A stretch of 64,000 nucleotides of DNA, taken from the NCBI GenBank assembly GCA_049515895.1, contig JBEKTQ010000011.1, forward strand, positions 30,147 to 94,146, given 5' to 3'. The notes beneath the pieces were generated by a model. It saw only the letters and a list, made by a program, of their open reading frames with translations. It made no database searches and was not told where the DNA came from. This stretch comes from Candidatus Bathyarchaeia archaeon (GTDB taxonomy: Archaea; Thermoproteota; Bathyarchaeia; Bathyarchaeales; Bathycorpusculaceae). Within the stretch, counting starts at the first letter, position 1. Every line of letters starts with the position of its first letter. The position numbers were made by a program, and so were the translations under genes. Positions 47,749-57,461 of the stretch are shown here, in pieces.

Positions 47749-48825
47749 CTAGGGTTTTATAATGTTTTCAGCCACTTCTTTAGCGGGGCAAACGGAAGAA
47801 GCGTGCGAAATATGTAGGTTATCTTTGATTTTTGCGTGGTCGCCTATTATGCAGCCTTTGCTTAGCGTAACTTGTTTACCGATATGTGCCCCTTCCCCGA
47901 TTATCGTCCCATCAATAGCAGAGAAATCGCCGATTGTTGCAAATGGAAAAACCACCGAGTTGCTTATTTTCACGTTTTTACCGACTTGGACGTTTTTCCC
48001 CAGGATTGCATATGGACCAATAACTGATTTTTCATCTATTGAAACACCCTGGTCGAAGGAAACGGGGTTCTTTAACTCAAAGTTTTTTGGATTTACTTGC
48101 TTTCGGCTGCTAGCTAAAGTGTCAAGTATTGCTTTGTTAGTTTGCAGGTACTCTTCAGGTTTGCCTATGTCAATCCACAAGCCGTTGACAAAGTGACCAT
48201 ATAGCTTTCCCTCTGCTGCAAGTTTTGGGAAAACCTCTCGTTCCATTGAAACAGCTCTTCCCAAAGGAATGTAATCAAAGACTTCAGGACTTAGAACGTA
48301 CACTCCCGCGTTTATGAAGTTGCTTGGTGCTTTATTTTTCGGCGGCTTTTCAATGAACCTTTTTATAAGGCAGCCATTTCCCATTTCAGCAACCCCGTAC
48401 CTTGACGGGTCTTCCACTTTGCATAGGGCAATTGTGGCGGAGCCGCCAGTTTTCATGTGGGCGTTGTACAATTCCTTGTAACTTAAATCTGCAAAAATGT
48501 CGCCATTCAAAACAATAAACGGTTCATCACGACCCAAGAGCCTTTCAGCTTTTTTTACCGGTCCCGCTGTTCCTAACGGCATCCTCGGTGGATCGACAGA
48601 AAACCGAACCTTCAAACCATGCCTACGCGGGTGCTGCTGCCTTATGTAAAATTGAGTAAGGGCGTTGATTCCTAGTATAGCTTCTTCGCAGTCGTTTTTT
48701 GCCAGCTTCTCAAAAATCCACTCCAGCAATGGCTTGTTAACTATTGGGAAAAGAGTTTTAGGTCTAGAACAACTTAACGGGCGGAGTCTTGTTGCGAAGC
48801 CACCTGCCAAGATCAACGCTTTCAG
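47749..48825 (-). CDS. NDP-sugar pyrophosphorylase (mannose-1-P guanylyltransferase/GlmU-like)
   Basis: LAGGFATRLRPL...PK, LGTAG, LNGD, FIEKP, WIDIG, hexapeptide-repeat tail. The probable start is CTG 48825 (MKALILAGG); the track start is TTG 48816. Confidence 0.9.
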   Translation of the reverse strand: MKALILAGGFATRLRPLSCSRPKTLFPIVNKPLLEWIFEKLAKNDCEEAILGINALTQFYIRQQHPRRHGLKVRFSVDPPRMPLGTAGPVKKAERLLGRDEPFIVLNGDIFADLSYKELYNAHMKTGGSATIALCKVEDPSRYGVAEMGNGCLIKRFIEKPPKNKAPSNFINAGVYVLSPEVFDYIPLGRAVSMEREVFPKLAAEGKLYGHFVNGLWIDIGKPEEYLQTNKAILDTLASSRKQVNPKNFELKNPVSFDQGVSIDEKSVIGPYAILGKNVQVGKNVKISNSVVFPFATIGDFSAIDGTIIGEGAHIGKQVTLSKGCIIGDHAKIKDNLHISHASSVCPAKEVAENIIKP

Positions 48826-48888
48826 TGAGAGTCACCTTTGTGTTAGTAATGTATGATTGTTTTTAATATAAACCGTTATGGAAGTTTT

Positions 48889-50439
48889 TTATTCCCATTC
48901 AATAGTTGCTGGCGGTTTGTGGGTTATATCGTAGACGACGCGAGTAACCTGCGGAATCTCGTTTGAAATTCGGGTTGAAATCTTCTCAAGTATGGAATAT
49001 GGGATTTGAGCGAAGTTGGCCGTCATGGCTTCTTGGCTTTCCATCGCTCGAACTGCAACCACATACCCATAGGCTCTCGAATCACCCTTCACGCCTGTTG
49101 CTTTAGTGTCAGTTAAAACGGCAAAGTACTGCCATAAGTGTTCTGCTAACTCGTTTTTCTCGATTTCTTGGCGGACGATGGCGTCAGCTTTCTTGGTAAT
49201 ACTCACTTTTTCGGGCGTCAATTCGCCAATTATTCGAACTGCCAAGCCTGGTCCTGGGAAAGGTTGTCGATTGACCAGTTCCTTGGGTAACCCTAGCATT
49301 TTGGCAACTTTACGCACCTCGTCCTTGTAGAGGTCGCGAAGTGGTTCAACAATTTTTTTGAACTTGATGTTTTTCGGAATTCCTGCTACGTTGTGATGGG
49401 TCTTTATCAACTCTGAGTTCTTTCGGTAGCCTGATTCGATTCTGTCGGGGTATATCGTCCCTTGGAGTAAGTATTGTGCACCCGATTTTTCAGCGACTTC
49501 CTCAAAAACCCTGATGAACTCTTCCCCAATTGCCTTGCGTTTTATCTCGGGGTCAATTACGCCTTTAAGTTTTTTCATAAAACGTTCTTGCGCGTTCGCC
49601 ATGACAAAGTTTATCGGTAACTTCTGGAATGTCTCGCGGACAGCTTCAGGTTCTCCTTCACGCATGAACCCGTGGTCAACAAAAACCGCCGTTAATTTAT
49701 CGCCGATTGCTTGCGCCGCAAGCGCGGTGGCGACGCTTGAATCTATCCCTCCGCTTAACCCAATTATGGCTCTGCTACTGCCGATTTCAGATTTGATTTC
49801 CGCAACCATTTTTTCTATTATATCTTCCATCTGCCAGTTAGGCTGGCACTTGCAAACTTGAAAGATAAAGTTGTGCAACATGCGCATCCCGTTTTCAGTG
49901 TGAATAACTTCGGGGTGCCATTGTAACCCATAAATAGGCTTACTCTTATGCCTGAACGCGGCAACAGGACAACTTTCGGTGTGCGCCAACTCTTCAAATT
50001 CCGGCGGCAATGAAAAAACCGTGTCGCCGTGACTCATCCAAACTTTTTCTTTTCCGCTTAACCCTTCCAAGACGCCAACTGGCTTGTCGATGGATACTTG
50101 TGTAGTTCCGTATTCTTTACATGTTGCCAGCTCCACTTTGCCTTTGGTTAACTGGGCTAGAAGCTGGTGACCATAGCACAAGCCTAGAATTGGGAGATTC
50201 AACTCTAAAATGCGCGGGTTAATTTTAGGTGCGTTTGGTTCGTAAACGCTTGACGGTCCGCCTGAAAGAATTAGGCCTTTGACATTGAATTTTTCATCTA
50301 GCGCCTTCACTTCTTCCGGTGATATGTCATAGGCGACTATTTCTGAGTAAACACCGTTCTCTCTGATTCTTCTGCCTATGAGATGGCAGTATTGCCCTCC
50401 AAAGTCCAGGACCAGTATGGTGTCATATTTTGCTTGCAT
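48889..50439 (-). CDS. guaA: GMP synthase (fused glutaminase + ATP pyrophosphatase)
   Basis: LDFGGQY, GLCYGHQ, QWHPEV, SGGIDS, QGTIYPD.IES, RQPFPGPGL, KPPATIEWE. Confidence 0.97.
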   Translation of the reverse strand: MQAKYDTILVLDFGGQYCHLIGRRIRENGVYSEIVAYDISPEEVKALDEKFNVKGLILSGGPSSVYEPNAPKINPRILELNLPILGLCYGHQLLAQLTKGKVELATCKEYGTTQVSIDKPVGVLEGLSGKEKVWMSHGDTVFSLPPEFEELAHTESCPVAAFRHKSKPIYGLQWHPEVIHTENGMRMLHNFIFQVCKCQPNWQMEDIIEKMVAEIKSEIGSSRAIIGLSGGIDSSVATALAAQAIGDKLTAVFVDHGFMREGEPEAVRETFQKLPINFVMANAQERFMKKLKGVIDPEIKRKAIGEEFIRVFEEVAEKSGAQYLLQGTIYPDRIESGYRKNSELIKTHHNVAGIPKNIKFKKIVEPLRDLYKDEVRKVAKMLGLPKELVNRQPFPGPGLAVRIIGELTPEKVSITKKADAIVRQEIEKNELAEHLWQYFAVLTDTKATGVKGDSRAYGYVVAVRAMESQEAMTANFAQIPYSILEKISTRISNEIPQVTRVVYDITHKPPATIEWE

Positions 50440-50664
50440 GTTGGCGAGTCAAACTATTGGGGTTTAAGCTAGTAATTTAAGATTGCTATCTGTTTATCGT
50501 CAAAGCCCAGAGCTGCAAAGCTTTTCAAGGAGTGTTTTCTCCTTAATGTTTCATTCATTGAGTGAGGCAGGAAACTAAACTTTTATTAACATAATCGTAT
50601 GATAATCAAAATAACGTTTCATAAACAAGGGTTTAGTTGAAAAAACGTGCAGAATGGTGTCATC

Positions 50665-51108
50665 ATGGAACTAAATGAAACTGACCAAAAAATTCTTAAA
50701 AGCCTTTTAGAAGATGCAAGGTTTTCGAGCAGGCAAATTGCAAAAAACGTAGGCGTATCTGTCGGGACTGTTCTTTCAAGAATCAAAAAGATGGAAGATG
50801 AAGGCCTCATCAAAGGATACTCTGTTATAATAGATCATGAAAAGCTGGGTTACCAATTGACTGTGGTAACTGAAATTACCGTTTCCAAAGGCAAGCTTGT
50901 GGAAACTGAGAATGAAATAGCTAAAATATCGAACGTGTGCAGCGTATATGACGTTACAGGTTTAACGGACGCCATTATCGTTGCAAAGTTTAAAAGCAGA
51001 GAAGACCTTGGGCACTTCACGAAGAGATTGCTTGCGCTTCCCTTCATTGAGCGTACAAACACGCATGTAGTTTTAGCTACGGTGAAAGAAAACTTTCGAC
51101 TGCTCTAA
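50665..51108 (+). CDS. Lrp/AsnC family transcriptional regulator
   Basis: D.KIL..L.EDAR.S.RQIAK.VGVS..TV..RIKKME.EG.IKGY, VYDVTG..D, RTNTHVVL. Confidence 0.93.
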   Translation: MELNETDQKILKSLLEDARFSSRQIAKNVGVSVGTVLSRIKKMEDEGLIKGYSVIIDHEKLGYQLTVVTEITVSKGKLVETENEIAKISNVCSVYDVTGLTDAIIVAKFKSREDLGHFTKRLLALPFIERTNTHVVLATVKENFRLL

Positions 51109-51123
51109 TTTACCCTGTTTTTT

Positions 51124-52179
51124 TTAATCTGGGTTCTCTTTTTTGTAGTTCTGCTGTGGCTCGGCAATGGTTATTTTAGTTCCTGAAGCTACAGGTGAAG
51201 TTATCCAGACGTTTCCGCCTATGACAACGTTGTCTCCGATTATTGCGTTGGGACCCAGAATCGTCGCTCCTGAATAGATAATTACGTTGTTTCCGATTGT
51301 CGGGTGCCTTTTTCTTCCTTTGATGATGTTACCTTCATCATCTTTCAGAAAACTCAGGGCGCCCAAGGTTACGCCTTGGTAAAGTTTAACATTGTCGCCT
51401 ATTTCAGTTGTTTCGCCAATAACTACTCCCGTTCCATGATCAATGAAGAAGTTATTGCCTATCCTTGCGCCTGGGTGAATATCGATACCTGTCAGGGAGT
51501 GAATGTGCTCACTCATTATTCTGGGAATCAAGGGTACTCCGTCAAGGTAAAGTTCGTGAGCTATCCTGTAAGTTGTAATCGCCAGTACGCATGGGTAACT
51601 TAAGATCACTTCATCCGTGCTCACAGCTGCCGGGTCTCCCTCGTAAGCAGCTTGGATGTCACCGCTTAACATAGACCTTATTTCAGGCAGTTTTTGAAGA
51701 AGGTCTTTAACAACAACGTCCGCGCGTTTTTGGCATACGTCCTGGGGGCACGTCTGAACTTTCCTGCAGATGTACTTTAGGCTTTTTTCAACTTCGCCTG
51801 TAAGTCTAGTGTAAACTGAGGTTAGCTTGCTGCCAAGATGGTACTCAATGTTGGCTTTAGTGACCTCTTCCTTGCCTAAGTAGCCAGGAAAAAGAATCGT
51901 AAACAAATCTTCTAACACTTCAACAACTATTTCTTTAGATGGCAGATCTCGCCCAGTAAGATGATCCATACCGCCGAACTTTTGATAGTTAGCCGTCATC
52001 TCATTTACTATTTTTGGTAAGCCTTTCTCGACCCAGCCCTTCTCCACCTTGTAGTGGTTACTCATGAGTACATCCAGCGCTCGCTCGGGGCTCCATGAGC
52101 CATCTTCCATTTTCTTTGCTGCTTGTCCTGCCTCTTTGGGATTTGACTGTTTAGTTTTTGTTACCATTTTTCTTTCCAC
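51124..52179 (-). CDS. cysE: Serine O-acetyltransferase (EpsC-type CysE)
   Basis: AAYEGDPAA, YRIAHELY, TGIDIHPGA.IG..FFIDHGTGVVIGET, LYQGVTLG, KRHPTIG. Confidence 0.92.
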   Translation of the reverse strand: MERKMVTKTKQSNPKEAGQAAKKMEDGSWSPERALDVLMSNHYKVEKGWVEKGLPKIVNEMTANYQKFGGMDHLTGRDLPSKEIVVEVLEDLFTILFPGYLGKEEVTKANIEYHLGSKLTSVYTRLTGEVEKSLKYICRKVQTCPQDVCQKRADVVVKDLLQKLPEIRSMLSGDIQAAYEGDPAAVSTDEVILSYPCVLAITTYRIAHELYLDGVPLIPRIMSEHIHSLTGIDIHPGARIGNNFFIDHGTGVVIGETTEIGDNVKLYQGVTLGALSFLKDDEGNIIKGRKRHPTIGNNVIIYSGATILGPNAIIGDNVVIGGNVWITSPVASGTKITIAEPQQNYKKENPD

Positions 52180-52201
52180 CTTTCATATGTTTAAATAGGC
52201 A

Positions 52202-53152
52202 TTATAAAAACGTTGGAGTCTGTGTTGCTGGTTCTTGGAATAAGACAGTGCTGAGGTAACGTTCGCCTGTGTCCGGCAGAATGATGACTATGAGTTTGCC
52301 TTTGTTTTCTGCTCGTTTAGCGACTTCAAGCGCCGCGTATGTTGCTGCGCCTGAGGATATTCCTACAAGTAAGCCTTCCTTTAGGGCTAGTTGCCTCGCT
52401 GTCTTGATGGCGTCATCATCTGTTACTTTGCATATTTCATCCACTAAATCAAGTTTTAGCACGTCGGGTTTGAAGCCTGCGCCTATCCCTTGGATCTTGT
52501 GCGGTCCCTTCTGGCCGCCGCTCAGCACTGGCGAAGCGGCTGGTTCAACAGCTACGGCCTTAAAAGCTGGTTTGAGCGGTTTTATGTATTGCGCGATGCC
52601 CGTTATTGTGCCGCCTGTGCCTACACCCGCGACTAATATGTCTACTTTGCCGTCGGTGTCACTCCAGATTTCCGGTCCTGTGGTTTCCCAGTGAACTTTC
52701 GGGTTCGCAAGGTTCTTGAACTGCTGTGGCACGAAGCTGTTAGGTGTTTGCGTAGCTATTTCCTCGGCTTTTTTGATTGCCCCGCCCATGCCTTCTGGTC
52801 CCGGGGTGAGGACGAGTTGTGCGCCGTAGGCTTTGAGTAAGTTGCGTCGTTCTATGCTCATGGTTTCGGGCATGGTGAGTATTAGCTTGTAGCCTTTTAC
52901 GGCTGCTACCATGGCTAAGCCGATGCCTGTGTTGCCGCTTGTCGGTTCAATGATGGTTGTGCCTGGTTTGATTAGGCCTTGTTTTTCTGCTTCAGCAATC
53001 ATGCTTTGGCATATGCGGTCTTTGACGCTTCCTCCTGGATTTCTTGATTCCATTTTGCCGACGACTGTGGCGTTTATGCCTTCGGCTATGCGATTTAGGC
53101 GTATTAATGGTGTTTTGCCTATCGTTTCTAACACGTTATTGTTTATTTTCAT
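52202..53152 (-). CDS. cysK: Cysteine synthase A
   Basis: [52 protein letters not shown]. Confidence 0.96.
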   Translation of the reverse strand: MKINNNVLETIGKTPLIRLNRIAEGINATVVGKMESRNPGGSVKDRICQSMIAEAEKQGLIKPGTTIIEPTSGNTGIGLAMVAAVKGYKLILTMPETMSIERRNLLKAYGAQLVLTPGPEGMGGAIKKAEEIATQTPNSFVPQQFKNLANPKVHWETTGPEIWSDTDGKVDILVAGVGTGGTITGIAQYIKPLKPAFKAVAVEPAASPVLSGGQKGPHKIQGIGAGFKPDVLKLDLVDEICKVTDDDAIKTARQLALKEGLLVGISSGAATYAALEVAKRAENKGKLIVIILPDTGERYLSTVLFQEPATQTPTFL

Positions 53153-53167
53153 GTGACATCGCCCATT

Positions 53168-53184
53168 TTATAACAATGTTATAA
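53168..53184. promoter_or_regulatory. Palindromic operator upstream of cysK
   Basis: TTATAAC-AAT-GTTATAA with perfect 7-bp arms, between the TATA box (TTTAAATA on - strand, 53196-53203) and the cysK ATG (53152). Confidence 0.7.
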
Positions 53185-53245
53185 TTTTGCATTGTTATTT
53201 AAAGCCTTTATGGTACCTAAACGAAACCTACTCCAACGGTCTTTA

Positions 53246-53560
53246 CTACTTGCAGCAAAAAGACGCGCAAAGTTTACAAAAATCCACAGTGGCCTCATCC
53301 GACGTAATCTCTTTGTTAGCGAGGCGTTTAGCCGTCTGGCTCGCCATCGCCTGAACCTTTGGAACTATGTCTCCCAGTTGCTCCATGCCCTTGGTTGCCC
53401 TTTTCGAATTGATGTACTGACTTATTGCTGCTTGAGTTGTCCCCAGCCTTTTCGCTGCGTCAACCTGAGTGAGATTGTAAGTGTTGATGAGTTCTTTTGC
53501 AACAAGTGACCTGAAAAGCGGAACTACATATTTTCCGATGGCTTCGCATCTAGGATTCAT
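53246..53560 (-). CDS. COG2522-type HTH transcriptional regulator, Cys-rich
   Basis: PRCE..GKYVVP.FRSLVAKEL...YNLTQVDAAKRLGTTQAAISQY...KRA. C-terminal FCKLCASFCCK. Confidence 0.85.
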   Translation of the reverse strand: MNPRCEAIGKYVVPLFRSLVAKELINTYNLTQVDAAKRLGTTQAAISQYINSKRATKGMEQLGDIVPKVQAMASQTAKRLANKEITSDEATVDFCKLCASFCCK

Positions 53561-53571
53561 ATGCTTCAAAG

Positions 53572-53586
53572 TATAACACGTTTATA
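53572..53586. promoter_or_regulatory. Second operator copy, upstream of the COG2522 regulator
   Basis: TATAAC-ACG-TTTATA (1 mismatch), between TATA-like TTTTATAA (- strand, 53588-53595) and ATG 53560. Confidence 0.6.
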
Positions 53587-53609
53587 GTTATAAAATTGTT
53601 TTCCCTACG

Positions 53610-54164
53610 CTAAATCATCCTTAGCAAGTCAGCCTTAGTGATTATGCCCGCAACCTTGCCTTTTCGGGAAATCAGTACGGCGGAGTAAACCTGCAAAAGG
53701 TCAGAAATCAAGCTCAAAGGCGCATCCTCTCCCACCTGCGGAAACGCTTCTTCCATGATTTCTCCCGTGGCAATGTGTGAAATTTGGGCTAAATCTTTTC
53801 CATCTAGAATTTGACGCAAGATCGTCTTCTCTGATATGCTGCCGACCGATTGCTTTCCTTCAAAAACAGGGAGTTGAGAATACCCATGGGTCTTCATTAG
53901 TTCAACGACCTTAGCCAAAGGCTCGTTTCGTTGAACGCTGATGACTTCGGTTTGGAACATTTTGCCTGCTTGGAGCTTGGTTTTAGATTCTAGTTTCTCT
54001 AGGGTTTCGAAGATTGTTTTTACTTTTGTGTAGGAGGAGTCGATTTTTCCAGCTTCCAGTTTTGCGATTAGAGATTGGCTGACGCCTGCCATCTTTGCCA
54101 GTTCGGTCTGTTTTAGGCCGAGTTGGTGTCTTTTTTTGGCTATGTCAGTTAGTGCTGGCAGCAT
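53610..54164 (-). CDS. XRE-HTH + CBS-pair transcriptional regulator (COG3620)
   Basis: [50 protein letters not shown]. Confidence 0.92.
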   Translation of the reverse strand: MLPALTDIAKKRHQLGLKQTELAKMAGVSQSLIAKLEAGKIDSSYTKVKTIFETLEKLESKTKLQAGKMFQTEVISVQRNEPLAKVVELMKTHGYSQLPVFEGKQSVGSISEKTILRQILDGKDLAQISHIATGEIMEEAFPQVGEDAPLSLISDLLQVYSAVLISRKGKVAGIITKADLLRMI

Positions 54165-54224
54165 GGTTGTATAGGCTTTTGTTCGGGTAATTATTCTTTT
54201 TGGAATAAAAAACGCAAAAACACC

Positions 54225-54239
54225 TATAACACCGTTATT
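54225..54239. promoter_or_regulatory. Third operator copy, upstream of metY
   Basis: TATAAC-ACC-GTTATT (1 mismatch), 37-51 nt upstream of the metY ATG (54276). Confidence 0.6.
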
Positions 54240-54275
54240 TTATGTATTCTACAAAACAAACAACAGGCAACAAAC

Positions 54276-55577
54276 ATGACAAAAAGAAAATTAGACACAA
54301 TAGCCGTCCACGCTGGACAAGAAACACCCGACCCGGCGACTGGCGCGAGAGCTGTTCCCATCTACCAGACCGCTTCGTATGTCTTCAAGAGCACGGAACA
54401 TGCAGCAAACCTTTTTGCATTAAAAGAATTAGGAAACATTTACTCTCGCATGACCAACCCAACCGTCGACGTTTTCGAAAAACGTGTTGCAGCAATCGAA
54501 GGCGGAACAGGCGCATTAGCCACAGCGTCGGGGCAAGCAGCCATCTCCTTGGCGTTGTTAACGATCACTCAAGTAGGCGACGAAATAGTTTCCGCCAACA
54601 ACCTGTACGGCGGCACCTACGAGCTCTTCCACTACACTTTTCCAAAGCTCGGCAGAAAAGTTAAATTTGTTGACTCGACCAAACCCGAAGAATTCCAGAA
54701 AGCCATTACAAGCAAAACCCGCGCCATTTACGCTGAAACCATTGGCAACCCCAAACTTGACGTGCCAGATTTCGAAGCAATCGCAAAAATTGCTCACGCC
54801 GCAGGGATCCCCTTCGTCGTTGACAACACAGTCGGCGTCGGTTTAGTATCCCCCATAGAATTCGGTGCAGACATAACTGTCCTCTCAGCGACGAAATACA
54901 TCGGAGGACACGGCTCAAGCATCGGAGGAGTAATAGTTGACGGCGGCAAATTCAAGTGGAACAACGGCAAATTCCCAGAATTCACCGAGCCAGACCCATC
55001 GTATCACGGCATAAAATATTGGGACACATTCAGCAACTTTCCTGGATTAGGCAACGTCGCCTTCATTTTCAAAGCAAGAGTGCAACTTTTGCGAGACATC
55101 GGACCGGCTCTGAGCCCATTCAACGCGTTTCTCTTCATTGAAGGACTTGAGACGCTGCCTTTGCGGCAAAGAAAGCATTCCGAAAACGCGCTCAAAGTCG
55201 CCGAGTTCCTAAAGAAGCATCCATTAGTCAACTGGATGAACTATCCCGGATTAAAAGATCATCCAAGCCATGAACTGGCAGAGAAATACTTTAAAGGCAA
55301 TTACGGCGGCATAATCGGCTTCGGAATAAAGGGTGGATTAAAAAATGGGAAACGCCTAATTGAATCCGTCAAGTTGTTCTCCCACCTGGCAAACATCGGT
55401 GACACGAAAAGCCTAATAATTCACCCCGCTTCAACAACGCATCAGCAATTAACGCCTCAAGAACAAGTCGCAACGGGAGTCACCGAGGATTACATCAGAC
55501 TGTCGATAGGCATCGAAGACCCACAAGACATTATAGAAGATTTAGAACAAGCGCTGAAATTATCAGCCGAACCTTAA
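54276..55577 (+). CDS. metY: O-acetylhomoserine sulfhydrylase
   Basis: [65 protein letters not shown]. Confidence 0.95.
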   Translation: MTKRKLDTIAVHAGQETPDPATGARAVPIYQTASYVFKSTEHAANLFALKELGNIYSRMTNPTVDVFEKRVAAIEGGTGALATASGQAAISLALLTITQVGDEIVSANNLYGGTYELFHYTFPKLGRKVKFVDSTKPEEFQKAITSKTRAIYAETIGNPKLDVPDFEAIAKIAHAAGIPFVVDNTVGVGLVSPIEFGADITVLSATKYIGGHGSSIGGVIVDGGKFKWNNGKFPEFTEPDPSYHGIKYWDTFSNFPGLGNVAFIFKARVQLLRDIGPALSPFNAFLFIEGLETLPLRQRKHSENALKVAEFLKKHPLVNWMNYPGLKDHPSHELAEKYFKGNYGGIIGFGIKGGLKNGKRLIESVKLFSHLANIGDTKSLIIHPASTTHQQLTPQEQVATGVTEDYIRLSIGIEDPQDIIEDLEQALKLSAEP

Positions 55578-55596
55578 ACTAATCAACCCTTTATTT

Positions 55597-56757
55597 TTGG
55601 AGGCAGAACAGCTCATTACAACAAAAATCCTCGAAAAATCCCAACCTCAGTGCACCTATACTTTTGGATTCCCGCCAGACGAGTTGACCTTGGAATCAGG
55701 CGAAACGTTCGGTCCACTAACACTTGCCTATCAAACCTACGGCGAACTTAACACGGAAAAATCCAATGCAATTCTGGTTTTGCATGCGTTAAGCGGTGAT
55801 GCTAATGTAGCAGGGCAGGACGGTTGGTGGAGCAACCTAATCGGTCAAGGCAAAGGCATCGACACCGACAAGTACTTCGTTATATGCAGCAACATCTTCG
55901 GCGGTTGCAGAGGCTCCACAGGCCCTTCTTCAATCAACCCTAAAACGGGTAAACCATACGGTATCGATTTCCCATTGATAACTATCGGAGACATGGTTAA
56001 TGCGCAGCGTCACCTCATTGACCACTTAGGCATCCAAAAGCTTTTGGCAGTAATCGGGGGCTCCATGGGAGGCATGCAAGTTCTGCAGTGGCTGGTTTCT
56101 TACCCTCAGAGAATCCGAGCCGCCATACCAATTGCAACGACGATGAAGCATACTCCGCAGCAGATAGCTTTCAACGAGGTTGGCAGGCAAGCGGTTATGG
56201 CTGACCCTAACTGGCGAAACGGCAACTACTATGGCCACAGCATCCCTGCTAGAGGACTAGCTATTGCAAGAATGATTGGGCACATAACCTACATGAGTGA
56301 TGCTTCGATGACTGAGAAGTTCGGTCGAAAATTCAAGTCAGAGAAAGCCCCATTCAAGTTCGGCGCAGATTTCGAAGTTGAAGGTTACCTGCGGAACCGA
56401 GGCGACAATTTCGTTAAGAGATTCGACCCAAACAGCTACCTCTACATAACCAAAGCCATAGACTACTTTAACATCTTAAACGGGCACAGCCTCGGCGACA
56501 TTTTTAGGGGATTACAGGCAAAAGTGTTAGTTCTCGCGTTTAAGTCGGATTGGCTCTACCCAGCGTACCAGTCGCAAGAGATAGTTAAGGCTTGCAAACT
56601 GGCAGGAGTTGACGCAAGCTACTGTGAATTAAACTCAAATTATGGTCATGATGCTTTCCTTCTCGAAATCGAGCAGGAGGCGCATTTAGTTGGCAACTTC
56701 TTGAAGAGCGTTATTAACAACAGAAAGGAGGAAAGCAACGATTACTCGAGCAGCTAG
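55597..56757 (+). CDS. metX: Homoserine O-acetyltransferase
   Basis: YQTYGELN, LHALSGD, GSTGP, GGSMGGMQ, SDWLYP, YGHDAFLLE. Confidence 0.95.
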   Translation: MEAEQLITTKILEKSQPQCTYTFGFPPDELTLESGETFGPLTLAYQTYGELNTEKSNAILVLHALSGDANVAGQDGWWSNLIGQGKGIDTDKYFVICSNIFGGCRGSTGPSSINPKTGKPYGIDFPLITIGDMVNAQRHLIDHLGIQKLLAVIGGSMGGMQVLQWLVSYPQRIRAAIPIATTMKHTPQQIAFNEVGRQAVMADPNWRNGNYYGHSIPARGLAIARMIGHITYMSDASMTEKFGRKFKSEKAPFKFGADFEVEGYLRNRGDNFVKRFDPNSYLYITKAIDYFNILNGHSLGDIFRGLQAKVLVLAFKSDWLYPAYQSQEIVKACKLAGVDASYCELNSNYGHDAFLLEIEQEAHLVGNFLKSVINNRKEESNDYSSS

Positions 56758-57343
56758 CAGAATCGAATATAACGTCTTCGCTCAATGGATTTCTGACGGC
56801 GCATCCGTGTTGGACCTCGGCTGCGGAGATGGCGAACTCTTGCAGTTCTTGATACGGGAAAAGAAAGTGCGTGCCCAAGGCATCGAACTCCAAGAACAGG
56901 CTATTCTACGATGTGTCGCCGAAGGATTAAGCGTCTTTCAACAAGACATAGACACCGGGCTCTCTGAATACATCGACAACTCATTCGACTGCGTCATCTT
57001 AAACCAAACCCTCCAACAAGTAAGAAAGCCAGACTTCGCGCTCCACGAAGCCCTTCGAGTAGGCAAAAAAACAATTGTAGGCATTCCCAACTTCGCACAT
57101 TACAAAGCTAGGGCAAGAATTTTCTTCAAAGGCCGGGTTCCCATAACTCCCTCTCTTCCCTTCCAATGGTATGACACGCCTAACCTTCATTTCCTTAGCT
57201 TAAACGATTTTATGGATTACTGCAAAAACAAAAGCATCCAGGTTGAACGTTCGTTCTTCAAATCAGATAATAAGCAAGTGAAGTTCTTGCCGAACCTCTT
57301 TGGGGAATATGGCTTCTTTTTACTCACCAAAAACCGGCCATAA
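56738..57343 (+). CDS. metW: Methionine biosynthesis protein MetW
   Basis: RIEY....WI..GASVLDLGCGDG.LL, FDCVILNQTLQ, PNFAHY..R, LP.QWYDTPNLH, PNLF. The N-terminus extends upstream of the track start (56807) to ACG 56738. Confidence 0.88.
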   Translation, partial: TITRAASRIEYNVFAQWISDGASVLDLGCGDGELLQFLIREKKVRAQGIELQEQAILRCVAEGLSVFQQDIDTGLSEYIDNSFDCVILNQTLQQVRKPDFALHEALRVGKKTIVGIPNFAHYKARARIFFKGRVPITPSLPFQWYDTPNLHFLSLNDFMDYCKNKSIQVERSFFKSDNKQVKFLPNLFGEYGFFLLTKNRP

Positions 57344-57393
57344 ACTCTGTTTTTAAACCTCTATTTTGACCACCAAGCATTTAATTTCACGGT

Positions 57394-57407
57394 AAAGCCT
57401 TTAAATG
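57394..57407 (+). promoter_or_regulatory. Probable BRE/TATA promoter of tRNA-Leu
   Basis: AAAGCC-TTTAAATG about 55 nt upstream of the tRNA 5' end. Confidence 0.5.
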
Positions 57408-57461
57408 TCATAGCGAATTCTATATTTCGCACCAGCCTCAAATAGCGACGAAAAAGTGTTT

